Virus record (IMG/VR): IMGVR_UViG_3300046170_000301
DNA: 64,000 bases
Reading direction: 5' to 3' (one strand)
DNA from: a virus
Positions 10,291-18,169 of this stretch are shown here, one piece after another. The position numbers and the translations under genes are program-made. The notes below the pieces were generated by a model. The model saw only the letters and a program-made list of their open reading frames with translations, ran no database searches and was not told the DNA's origin. Position 1 is the stretch's first letter, and every line of letters begins with the position of its first letter.

Positions 10291-10333
10291 ATTATAAGGG
10301 AGGCGGAGGGTAAAGTCAACCCCCTTCCGCCTC
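10291..10333 (-). promoter_or_regulatory. Sigma70-type promoter for gp32 overlapping a GC-rich hairpin
   Basis: TTGACT (10314-10319), 17 bp, TATAAT (10291-10296); inverted repeat GAGGCGGA...TCCGCCTC spans it. Confidence 0.7.
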
Positions 10334-10666
10334 AAGTTGGGATTTAATGACAGAGATCTTCTTGGTAAGGTCATCGAACATCTCAAGGATGTTATCAGTA
10401 GGAGATGCCCCAAGCATCACGACAGCATCTTTCATTGATCGTGCCATCTCTTGTGCTTCTGGGTCATCACTTAATGTCAACCGATGATAAAAAATCTTCT
10501 GTTTTTCAATAAATGTTTCAAGAACATTGAAGTATTCCATTTGTTTTTCAGGAGATAAAGCAGGAAATGCTACCATTGACCTCATACAAAACTGCTGAAG
10601 GTCAGACATTTCCTGAATATCACCACGAACTAATTCAGATTTAAAAAATTCAGACATATTATACAA
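10316..10666 (-). CDS. Conserved cyanophage/cyanobacterial protein (DUF1825-like)
   Basis: FFKSELV...EKQKIFYHRLTLSDDPEAQEM pattern; usual position upstream of gp32. Confidence 0.65.
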   Translation of the reverse strand: MYNMSEFFKSELVRGDIQEMSDLQQFCMRSMVAFPALSPEKQMEYFNVLETFIEKQKIFYHRLTLSDDPEAQEMARSMKDAVVMLGASPTDNILEMFDDLTKKISVIKSQLEAEGG

Positions 10667-10904
10667 GCATAAGTTTTGCTCTTGATGTTTTCTTAATGAA
10701 GTTTAACTTCTGGGCATCGTATTTAAGTTTCTCTTTCAATGGTTTTGAAATTAACTTAGATACTGATTCAATTTCAATTTCATTCTTCTCACAGTAGTGA
10801 ACAATAGCGTCAATATAATTCATTGAGTTTTCGTGTGCTATCTTTTCAACATCCTGTGAGAACCTCGCCGTTGTCATAAACTTGTCCTCCAGTTTTTCTA
10901 TCAT
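10659..10904 (-). CDS. gp33: Late promoter transcription co-activator gp33
   Basis: NYIDAIVHYCEKNEIEIESVSKLISKPLKEKLKYDAQKLNF; start placed at MIEKLEDKF. Confidence 0.85.
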   Translation of the reverse strand: MIEKLEDKFMTTARFSQDVEKIAHENSMNYIDAIVHYCEKNEIEIESVSKLISKPLKEKLKYDAQKLNFIKKTSRAKLMLV

Positions 10905-11574
10905 TTTTTTCTCTATACTCCTCGATGTACTCTTGTAACCTATCAAGATACTCTTTTTTAGGAGGCACAGCTTCAACTTGAACGTCTCCGTTCTCACAAA
11001 CAATAATAGTAACAAGTTGCTTTACAGATAAACCATAGAGTTCTTGTAACATACAGGCATAAGCACATTCTTGAACAAAATAGTCGTAAAGATATGCCTT
11101 ATTCTTTTCCTTTGCTGATGTTTTAAAATCAATTATTGATAGTTCACCATCATATTCTGCTATACAGTCCACACGCCCAGCGATTTGTAAATAGTCAGAA
11201 TAGAGTGCCGCTTCTTGTAGGTATATGTTATTTATCTTATTTAAAATTTTAGTCGAGGAGTCAAACATAATCCACGGCAAAGGTAGGTCTCTATATTTTT
11301 TGGTGTCCAACTCATTGTTGAGATAATCTTCAATGAGTTTATGGACTCTTGTTCCACGTCCAGCAGCACGATTAGAAATTGCTTGTGCTTTATCTTTACC
11401 TACCCTTGCTTTCCATTTAGCAAGACTTGCTTGCTTTCTACTATTGCTTCCAATCACGGTGGTTACAGATGGATATTTTCCCCCACTTGGTACACAATAA
11501 TGTCGCTTGCCATTTATATTAACGGTGTTCAATTCAATGGGGACAATCGAACCAACGTGATTGAATGTTTTCAT
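10846..11574 (-). CDS. PD-(D/E)XK exonuclease (Cas4/RecB-like fold)
   Basis: YPSVTTV, RGTRVH and AGRVDCIAEYDGELSIIDFKTS motifs. Confidence 0.85.
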   Translation of the reverse strand: MKTFNHVGSIVPIELNTVNINGKRHYCVPSGGKYPSVTTVIGSNSRKQASLAKWKARVGKDKAQAISNRAAGRGTRVHKLIEDYLNNELDTKKYRDLPLPWIMFDSSTKILNKINNIYLQEAALYSDYLQIAGRVDCIAEYDGELSIIDFKTSAKEKNKAYLYDYFVQECAYACMLQELYGLSVKQLVTIIVCENGDVQVEAVPPKKEYLDRLQEYIEEYREKNDRKTGGQVYDNGEVLTGC

Positions 11575-12323
11575 AATCCTAAATTAATTTTACTAATGAG
11601 ATAAGATTTAACCAAACCAGACCTTACGATATCTTCAATGCCAAATTCAATGAGAGAAAACTCATCCATATTCTGAAGAATTTTTTGGAAGTCAATGATT
11701 CCAGACCTCTCGTTGCTTCTTTGTAGGTCTGTTTGATTAGCATCCCCACAAAACATAATCTTAGTATCTTTACCAACACGAGTCATGATTGAATCAAGTT
11801 CGTGGAAGTTAAGATTTTGACATTCATCTACAATAACAATACAGTTATCTAATGTAGAACCACGTAAGAATGATGTGCTCCAGAAACTAATAGTTTCCTG
11901 TGCTTTTAGATTCTCATATAACATTTCAAACGAAGCATCATCTGGCATTTCAAACATGTATTTTACCATGTTTTTGTATGGAATCTGATAGAGAGAAGAT
12001 TTATCTTCATGTGTTCCAGGAAGGAATCCAATCTCTCTTGTAGCAACCAATGAACGAACGATATAAACTTTATCGTATGGCGAATCTTCGTTTAATACAT
12101 CACGAAGAGCTAAGTAAAGAGCAACAAATGTTTTTCCTGTACCAGCACAACCATAGACAAATAAATTCTGATCGTTTTCATACTCCTCAAACATAACACA
12201 TTGGTTATCTGTTAGAGGTTCAACAGGAATCATGTATGCCTCATCAATAGGCTTGCGACGCTTCTTTTGCTTCACACTCATACCTTGTCCAGGTCCTTTC
12301 GTAGTCTTCTTTCTTACTGGCAT
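11571..12323 (-). CDS. phoH: PhoH-family protein
   Basis: GCAGTGKT, REIGFLPG, DECQN, GDANQTDL and DIVRSGLV motifs; start MPVRKK at 12323. Confidence 0.92.
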   Translation of the reverse strand: MPVRKKTTKGPGQGMSVKQKKRRKPIDEAYMIPVEPLTDNQCVMFEEYENDQNLFVYGCAGTGKTFVALYLALRDVLNEDSPYDKVYIVRSLVATREIGFLPGTHEDKSSLYQIPYKNMVKYMFEMPDDASFEMLYENLKAQETISFWSTSFLRGSTLDNCIVIVDECQNLNFHELDSIMTRVGKDTKIMFCGDANQTDLQRSNERSGIIDFQKILQNMDEFSLIEFGIEDIVRSGLVKSYLISKINLGL

Positions 12324-12327
12324 ATGA

Positions 12328-12597
12328 TTAACGATACTTGTCGGTAATAGTTTTGTTTCCTTTGACTGCTGCCTGAGGAGCAATCTTGTTCTTCATAATG
12401 TCATGGAATCCAGGATGAGTTCTGCTCATCTTGTCTCGCCAGTCACCTACCTCACCAGAGGAAGGACAAGTAAGTGGATCACTCCAGTCTCTTGTCCAGT
12501 CTGGATTATCAGTCTTCCACTGATCCCAATCATGGACGCTGAGCACAACGTCCTTTTGTTCACCAGTTTTAGTATTAATTACAGGGTATGTCGCCAA
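12328..12597 (-). CDS. Conserved cyanophage hypothetical protein
   Basis: TTG start after a GGAGGTG SD; ATYPVINTKTGEQK...WKTDNPDW..DW, the usual neighbour of phoH. Confidence 0.7.
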   Translation of the reverse strand: MATYPVINTKTGEQKDVVLSVHDWDQWKTDNPDWTRDWSDPLTCPSSGEVGDWRDKMSRTHPGFHDIMKNKIAPQAAVKGNKTITDKYR

Positions 12598-12695
12598 AAA
12601 TTTCACCTCCTAAATTTTGTGAAGTTATTTATTGTTTAAATGGGAAGATATTTTCATAATATGATTTGTAAAATCTTCCATGGATACATTACAGA

Positions 12696-12951
12696 ACCCA
12701 TTGATTTTCTACCCCCCCAAGTGCTTCTGCACAGATAGGAAATTGCTTGACAAAGATTTTTTTACATTCTTTAGCAATATCCATATGCTCTTTTTGCGTT
12801 CCATGTTTTTCTCGGAGTGCAATACCCATTGATTTTCTACTCCCCCAAGTGCTTCTGCACAGATAGGAAATTGCTTGGCAAAGATTTTTTTACATTCTTT
12901 AGCAATATCCATATGCTCTTTTTGCGTTCCATTTTTTTCTCGGAGTGCAAT
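12696..12951. repeat. 128 bp tandem duplication of the thyX 3' end
   Basis: Copies at 12696-12823 and 12824-12951 are identical apart from three substitutions found by eye. Confidence 0.9.
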
Positions 12952-13476
12952 ATATGTGATCCATGATCTACAACTACCTGCCATATAAAGACGGGTAGGA
13001 GTTGCCAGAGGAAGAACAAAACGGGCACACTCTTTAGCAATACCCTTCTCTATCATTTGCTTGTAGATATCCATGCCACTTTGGAAGTGTCGTTGGATAG
13101 TAATCTCAAGCTCTTGCTTCAAGAAAGGATCAACATCATCGATAGAGTTCTGCCTGTTCTTTGTATCCTGACTGCGAAGATCAAACATAGGGATCTCATC
13201 CGCCAGCATAGAACTATCAGCATACCGCTGAGAAAACTCTTGAAATGTGAACGAACGGTGGCGCAGGATTTGAGCTGAGATACCACGATTCGTTTCAATC
13301 TCAAGCGTCATGAACGCTTGCTCAAACACAGACCAGTGGTTGTGCTTGATACAATACTTCAGGAGACCAGCGACGTTAGGATTCTCCTGATTGTTGGGGT
13401 TCGAGACTCTCGCTACGTAACCCATCATCTTCTCTGCTTCTGGTGTCACTGACACCAACTTCACTAACTGACTCAT
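12709..13476 (-). CDS. thyX: FAD-dependent thymidylate synthase ThyX (C-terminus altered by a tandem duplication)
   Basis: HWSVFE, QILRHRSFTFQEFSQRY and ECARFVLP motifs; start MSQLVKLVS at 13476. Confidence 0.92.
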   Translation of the reverse strand: MSQLVKLVSVTPEAEKMMGYVARVSNPNNQENPNVAGLLKYCIKHNHWSVFEQAFMTLEIETNRGISAQILRHRSFTFQEFSQRYADSSMLADEIPMFDLRSQDTKNRQNSIDDVDPFLKQELEITIQRHFQSGMDIYKQMIEKGIAKECARFVLPLATPTRLYMAGSCRSWITYIALREKNGTQKEHMDIAKECKKIFAKQFPICAEALGGVENQWVLHSEKNMERKKSIWILLKNVKKSLSSNFLSVQKHLGG

Positions 13477-13642
13477 AGTTGTATCCAAATCCTCTTTGTG
13501 TTTTTTCGTAGTTAATAAGGTCTCGACGAAGTTTTTGAATGGTAGCATATCTTTGTTTCAGGATTTTATATTCTTCATCATTATAAAGATGTCCTTTATC
13601 TAAAGCAGCTTTTATTTGCTTCGTTAATGTTTTGTAGCTCAT
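13376..13642 (-). CDS. Conserved cyanophage hypothetical protein
   Basis: ORF directly behind a consensus promoter; KAAL...HLYNDEE...RGFG pattern. Confidence 0.6.
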   Translation of the reverse strand: MSYKTLTKQIKAALDKGHLYNDEEYKILKQRYATIQKLRRDLINYEKTQRGFGYNYESVSEVGVSDTRSREDDGLRSESLEPQQSGES

Positions 13643-13666
13643 GGCAGTATTAAGTTTGTCATGTAC

Positions 13667-13703
13667 ATTATAGCAAAAAAAAGAGGGGTTGTCAAGACCC
13701 CTC
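13667..13703 (-). terminator. Intrinsic terminator overlapping a consensus sigma70 promoter
   Basis: GAGGGGTcttgacaACCCCTC followed by T8; TTGACA (13690-13695), 17 bp, TATAAT (13667-13672). Confidence 0.75.
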
Positions 13704-13847
13704 GGATTCTAAGAGTTGTTCAAACCAATCTCGTAAATGAACAAGATAACACGACCAATACGTACACCCTCTATAGATTAGTTGATAACATGCTGGTGGT
13801 CTGTTATCTTTATCCATGTCATCATGATGATAGACATAGTTATCCAT
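13692..13847 (-). CDS. 51 aa peptide with a YRG motif (DUF4278-like)
   Basis: Hand translation MDNYVYHHDDMDKDNRPPACYQLIYRGCTYWSCYLVHLRDWFEQLLESEGS*. Confidence 0.6.
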   Translation of the reverse strand: MDNYVYHHDDMDKDNRPPACYQLIYRGCTYWSCYLVHLRDWFEQLLESEGS

Positions 13848-13850
13848 TTA

Positions 13851-13961
13851 TCATTTTGCTGTTTTACATTGACAGATTTGACAAAGAGCAGCTTGATGCT
13901 TCCTATCCTCTTTTTGTTTTTGTTGTTTAATCATTTGAAGAACATTGAGTTTAGTTGTCAT
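13851..13961 (-). CDS. 36 aa basic, Gln-rich peptide
   Basis: MTTKLNVLQMIKQQKQKEDRKHQAALCQICQCKTAK*; its start overlaps the stop of the upstream ORF. Confidence 0.55.
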   Translation of the reverse strand: MTTKLNVLQMIKQQKQKEDRKHQAALCQICQCKTAK

Positions 13962-14098
13962 CATTTGTGACCCTCCTTCACGAAACGAATGCCACGATAA
14001 GCTTCGTTGTATTGCTGAGGTTGCTGCTGTGCTTGTGACTGTTTTTGGCGACGAGCTTCGATGTCATATGCAACACCACGATATACTACTTTAGCCAT
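13961..14098 (-). CDS. DUF4278-family YRG peptide (45 aa)
   Basis: MAKVVYRGVAYD...QQQPQQYNEAYRGIRFVKEGHK with two YRG motifs; GGAGG SD upstream. Confidence 0.8.
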   Translation of the reverse strand: MAKVVYRGVAYDIEARRQKQSQAQQQPQQYNEAYRGIRFVKEGHK

Positions 14099-14130
14099 TA
14101 GGATTTCCTCCAAAGAAATGAGATTGTTAA

Positions 14131-14229
14131 GTCCCGTTCCTTCGGGCGGTTTGCGTTCGCTATTTGAAAATAGCGAATGAACGTCCCGTTCCGCCGTCCT
14201 ACTTGCGTCCGATTTCTCGGATGAACGTG
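14131..14229 (-). ncRNA. Tandem glutamine riboswitch-like aptamers (glnA / Downstream-peptide class)
   Basis: Two units of CGUUCA-hairpin-CGCAA...GGAACG (14187-14227 and 14135-14183) between a promoter and a YRG peptide gene, the known context of this class. Confidence 0.8.
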
Positions 14230-14234
14230 GATAC

Positions 14235-14286
14235 ATTATAGCGTATCTATACTATGTAGTCAAGGGGCTTTGTAAAATGTGATACA
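14235..14286 (-). promoter_or_regulatory. Sigma70 promoter with upstream NtcA-type box
   Basis: TTGACT (14258-14263), 17 bp, TATAAT (14235-14240); TGTA-N8-TACA at 14271-14286. Confidence 0.7.
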
Positions 14287-14442
14287 ATATTTTATATGAG
14301 CCAGAAAGTATCGTTCTTCCCCTTACAAGACTTTCTTATTTTAATACCGTATCCATTTTCCATCAGGTGTCTGGCATTAAGAACCTTTACGTCATCAATC
14401 TTGGTAACTTTCCAATACTGAATACAAAATGTATTTTGTTTG

Positions 14443-14748
14443 CTACTTTACATTTTTCTTTTTAGATTCTTTTGGTTTTACTCCCCACAGTTTTGGATTT
14501 CTCCTGCCATCAGTCCATTCCATACTTTGAATAACATTACCAAGCCTATCATAATAAGCATCAAAGATATCACAACTTAATCCCATCACAATATCATACC
14601 ATTCTTCATCATCTTTTTTTGATTTAACAAGATATGTATTTGATGGGAGAGATTTGTCTTTTGCTGCTTCAATATCACAGTTTGAAGCTATTACTTTGAT
14701 AGAATAATTCTCAACAAATTTTACATCCTCTCCCGACATAACCATCAA
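14443..14748 (-). CDS. Conserved cyanophage hypothetical protein
   Basis: DKSLPSNTYLV...IFDAYYD...GRRNPKLWG; coupled to the upstream ORF. Confidence 0.65.
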   Translation of the reverse strand: MMVMSGEDVKFVENYSIKVIASNCDIEAAKDKSLPSNTYLVKSKKDDEEWYDIVMGLSCDIFDAYYDRLGNVIQSMEWTDGRRNPKLWGVKPKESKKKNVK

Positions 14749-15176
14749 CCCCTATTTCCCCACTGAATCTGTGGGAACGCTTCCTCCACACACGCCCTGG
14801 TGACCTTGTAACGCTTGCCAAGTGCTTTGTCCTTGACCATAGTCAAGACCGACGCTTCCTCTTCGTGTAGGCCCTCCAGCATCTGAATGAAGAGGTTCTC
14901 ACGCTGGGTCTGGTTCAAAGATGAACCACCCTTAAAAAAGATGTATAGTTTACGATACTCTTTTTCAAGAATAGTATGCTCTGTTCCTTTAGGAGCATCG
15001 TTAGGAGTGTATGGAACTTCACCTTCGGGAAGAAGACAGATAACACTTTCATCAAAATTGGCAATCAAAATTTGACGAAGAGCGTCGCTGTTATTTTCAC
15101 GAATTAGTTTAATCTTTTCTACTTTGGTTTTGGCGTTACTCACTTTTTGGAGCACTTCAGAAATTAGTAATCTCAT
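14745..15176 (-). CDS. Conserved T4-like cyanophage hypothetical protein
   Basis: MRLLISEVLQKVSNAKTK...LPEGEVPY...RENLFIQMLEGLH; TATAAATA late promoter at about 15213-15220. Confidence 0.7.
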   Translation of the reverse strand: MRLLISEVLQKVSNAKTKVEKIKLIRENNSDALRQILIANFDESVICLLPEGEVPYTPNDAPKGTEHTILEKEYRKLYIFFKGGSSLNQTQRENLFIQMLEGLHEEEASVLTMVKDKALGKRYKVTRACVEEAFPQIQWGNRG

Positions 15177-15224
15177 TTTTAAAATATGATAATGGAATTT
15201 TTTTCTTAATACTATTTATAGCAA

Positions 15225-15461
15225 TCAATGATAATCATCCTCTTCTTCTTCCTCTTCATGCTCAACAAATCTTACAGAATAAAGTTCTTCATTAATCCAG
15301 AACCCATCTTCGTCAAGCATTTCGGGATGAGGATGGAATGTATTATTTGGGGCAAAGTAGTTATAAGCAAAATCATTTACTGTCCATCCAATTGATATAC
15401 CAACCACTAGAAAAAGCATCATGATTGTTGCCGAGAAAAAAAGTATAACTTCGATAGACAT
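15225..15461 (-). CDS. Small membrane protein, cyanophage-conserved
   Basis: N-terminal TM helix, then HPEMLDEDG and an acidic tail. Confidence 0.6.
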   Translation of the reverse strand: MSIEVILFFSATIMMLFLVVGISIGWTVNDFAYNYFAPNNTFHPHPEMLDEDGFWINEELYSVRFVEHEEEEEEDDYH

Positions 15462-15478
15462 TTGTATTGCTCCTTAGG

Positions 15479-15640
15479 TTAACTACCCTCCCAAGAAAAA
15501 TCAAATGTAATTTGAATTTTTTTATTGAGGAGGGAAATGATCTTATGTAAATGTATTCCTTTTTTGTTTTCTTCTTTCTTTTCCCTCCTGAGCATCAGCT
15601 CTACACCCCTATTTATGGGGATTTCCTGTCTTTTATTCAT
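15479..15640 (-). CDS. Hypothetical protein (53 aa)
   Basis: Hand translation MNKRQEIPINRGVELMLRR...FDFSWEGS*; start overlaps the glutaredoxin 3' end. Confidence 0.55.
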   Translation of the reverse strand: MNKRQEIPINRGVELMLRREKKEENKKGIHLHKIISLLNKKIQITFDFSWEGS

Positions 15641-15890
15641 GTTTCTTTGAACTTACCAATCCTTTATCTACAAAGTATTTAACTGTAGGAACTAGCCCCC
15701 CAACTTCTTCGTCATCAATAATAACATATGGAAAGCCAGAAGCAAAGGGATACTTGATTTTGAAATCTTCCTTCAACATGTCTCGGGGAATCCTTACCTC
15801 AGTATAATCTTTGATTCCAGCTCTACTCATCAACTCTTTTATCTTAACACAGTATCCACAACCTGTTGTAGTGTAAATTGTAATGTCCAT
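15633..15890 (-). CDS. nrdC: Glutaredoxin
   Basis: IYTTTGCGYC active site; FPYVIIDDEEVGG; start MDITIY at 15890. Confidence 0.85.
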   Translation of the reverse strand: MDITIYTTTGCGYCVKIKELMSRAGIKDYTEVRIPRDMLKEDFKIKYPFASGFPYVIIDDEEVGGLVPTVKYFVDKGLVSSKKHE

Positions 15891-15916
15891 AAAAAATGGG
15901 GGATTTTCATCCCCCA
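15891..15916 (-). terminator. psbA terminator
   Basis: TGGGGGATgaaaATCCCCCA followed by T6. Confidence 0.75.
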
Positions 15917-15942
15917 CAGCATACCAAGTTTTTTGGATTATG

Positions 15943-17971
15943 TCAACCAATCACTGGTGCTTTGAGAGCCACAGGAGTGGATTCAACGGAGGCAAGATCC
16001 AAGGGAAAGTTGTGTGCGTTCCTTTCGTGCATCACCTCAAATCCAAGGTTTGCTCGGTTGAGGATGTCAGCCCAAGTGTTGATAACACGACCCTCAGACT
16101 CCACAATAGACTGGTTGAAATTGAAACCATTAAGGTTAAAGGCCATAGTAGACACGCCAAGAGCAGCGAACCAGATACCAATAACAGGCCAAGCAGCCAG
16201 AAAAAAGTGAAGGCTACGGGAGTTATTAAACGAGGCATATTGGAAAATCAGACGACCAAAGTAACCATGAGCAGCTACGATGTTGTATGTTTCTTCTTCT
16301 TGTCCAAACTTGTATCCGTAGTTTTGGGAGTCTTGTTCTGTGGTTTCACGAACGAGAGAAGAAGTAACCAGACTTCCGTGCATAGCACTAAAGAGGCTGC
16401 CACCGAATACCCCAGCCACACCGAGCATATGGAAGGGATGCATAAGGATGTTGTGTTCTGCTTGGAAGACGAGCATGAAGTTGAACGTTCCCGAAATTCC
16501 AAGAGGCATTCCATCACTGAAGGAACCTTGACCGAAAGGATAGACAAGGAACACTGCAGAAGCAGCGGCAACAGGAGCAGAATAAGCAGTACAAATCCAA
16601 GGACGCATACCCAGACGATAGGAGAGTTCCCACTCTCGACCCATATAAGAGAAGACACCGATAAGGAAGTGGAAGACCACTAGTTGATAAGGACCACCAT
16701 TATATAGCCACTCATCGAGGCTGGCAGATTCCCAGATTGGATAGAACACATAACCCATAAGTTTCCTTATGGTGCTGACTATATCATCACCCTAAATTGA
16801 GGGTGTCGGGCGCTAATGTCGTATTACAGGTCACGCTTGACCAACCGACTAGTCGATGAACCTTACACAGAAGTATCGTCTGTGTCTTGGCTGCTGATTG
16901 CCATACCAGTAAAAGGGTTAGGTTTCCAGCAATTCACCCGATTTTCTTATACCATTACTGATATAAGGCACTCCTTTACGAATGCAATCCAATCGCATTA
17001 GAACTTGGAACAACAGCACCAGAAATGATGTTGTTTCCATACATGAGTGAACCAGAAACAGGTTCACGAATCCCGTCGCCTACATCTAACAAACAACCAT
17101 ATCTTTTGACTTAGGTTGTTTCTGTTGACGGATTTGATTTGCTCGTTTTGCATTTTCTACTCTTCCACCATTTTCTACCCACTCTTTCCAAGTTTGTAGA
17201 TGAGAAATACATTCGGTTATTCTTTCTGCTCGTCGTACTCCCATATAAGGAAGTATTTTTTGTAGAATGAATAATACCTTTTCTTTTTCTCCAATGTGAA
17301 GTGTATAAACTTGTTTACCTTTTACAGTTTTTCTTGATGGTGAGAAATAAGACTTATCTAAAAGTTTACTCAACCTTTGGATAATATCTTCATCTACCAT
17401 AGAAACTTTAATAAAAGGTGCTGGTGGTATTTTAGAAACTTCATAACGGTCTTTGGAACGATTATCTATTCCAAAGTATCCTTCACCTTCTAATAAACCA
17501 GCAATCCAAGCAACATCAGTTTCAGTTAGGTTTAACATTTTACTCTTGCATCTTCTGTATTATTTATACAGCATTAGCAAGAAAAAGTCAACAGTAGATG
17601 TGTGGACTATATCTTCACCCTTCATAGAAGGGGCTGGGCACTCTAGCCTGTTATTAAGAGGACTGAACCTCTCAGGTAGTCTCTGAACCTTCCTTAGGTG
17701 TACCTAAGGCTTGGCTGCTGATTGCCTTTCGGTTTCCAGCAATTCACCCAGTTTCGTCAATACTCTTACGAGTAAGGGACACCGATTAGTTAATGTCTAC
17801 GGGTGGTGCTCCAATAAAAGCAACGATGAAGCAGACAGTTGCGGCGAGCAACGTTGGAATCATTAGGGTTCCAAACCATCCGACATAAAGACGATTGTTT
17901 GTTGAAGTAACCCACTCACAGAATGATTCCCAGACGTTAATTCGTTGAGGTCTAAGAACTGTAGTTGTCAT
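15943..17971 (-). CDS. psbA: Photosystem II D1 protein, three exons: 17971-17793, 17078-16982, 16746-15943
   Basis: Joined exons are 179+97+804 = 1080 nt, giving 359 aa with continuous ...PPVDI/DGIREPV...AIGLH/FYPIWE...HNFPLDLA. Confidence 0.95.
16747..16981 (-). mobile_element. Group I intron 2 of psbA (235 nt, no ORF)
   Basis: P1 GCAU|UC...GAGUGC with a U.G wobble at the splice site; terminal G; same P/Q/R/S core (AAUCAGCAG, GUUCAUCGACUA, AUGAUAUAGUCA). Confidence 0.92.
17079..17792 (-). mobile_element. Group I intron 1 of psbA (714 nt) with homing endonuclease ORF in P9
   Basis: Exon ends in U with P1 pairing GACAU/GUGUC; terminal G; core AAUUGCUGGAAA, AAUCAGCAG, GUUCAGAGACUA, AAGAUAUAGUCC; ACAUCUA/UAGAUGU closes the loop holding the ORF. 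Confidence 0.92.
17086..17538 (-). CDS. Single-motif LAGLIDADG homing endonuclease
   Basis: [12 protein letters not shown] motif, VSMVDEDII and ILPYM segments; own promoters TATAAATA (17561-17568) and TTGACT-17-TATAAA. Confidence 0.85.
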   Translation of the reverse strand: MLNLTETDVAWIAGLLEGEGYFGIDNRSKDRYEVSKIPPAPFIKVSMVDEDIIQRLSKLLDKSYFSPSRKTVKGKQVYTLHIGEKEKVLFILQKILPYMGVRRAERITECISHLQTWKEWVENGGRVENAKRANQIRQQKQPKSKDMVVC

Positions 17972-18041
17972 AGTTAGTTAAAAAGACGGTAGTGTTTAGT
18001 TATGTAACGAGAGATGTAAAGTTTTGTATCCCCCATCACAT

Positions 18042-18075
18042 TATTTATAATACAACCTTCTATTTATTCTGTCAA
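18042..18075 (-). promoter_or_regulatory. psbA promoters: sigma70-type plus T4 late-type
   Basis: TTGACA (18070-18075), 17 bp, TATTAT, overlapping TATAAATA (18042-18049). Confidence 0.6.
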
Positions 18076-18169
18076 TGGGTATCAATGCTTACTAATCTGT
18101 TGAGGCCCTGACATTAGAGTCCCTTATCAAACCAGATAAATAGAAAATAAGTGCCCACCATCGTCTATA

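Noticed and set aside
10846-11574. Cas4-like nuclease as sign of a CRISPR system
   Set aside because: It is a core T4-like cyanophage exonuclease, and I saw no repeat-spacer array in the window.
12696-12951. Diversity-generating retroelement TR/VR pair
   Set aside because: One of the three mismatches is not at an adenine, the copies are directly tandem, and no reverse transcriptase is in the window.
14292-14453. Possible 50-codon ORF (SSKQNTFCIQYWKVTK...DTFWLI*) upstream of the riboswitch promoter
   Set aside because: The natural ATG is followed directly by TAA; I cannot tell a pseudogene or sequencing error from chance.
18001-18021. RpaB/HLR1-like TTACA direct repeat in the psbA leader
   Set aside because: Half-site spacing is longer than the consensus I recall, and short AT-rich matches are common here.
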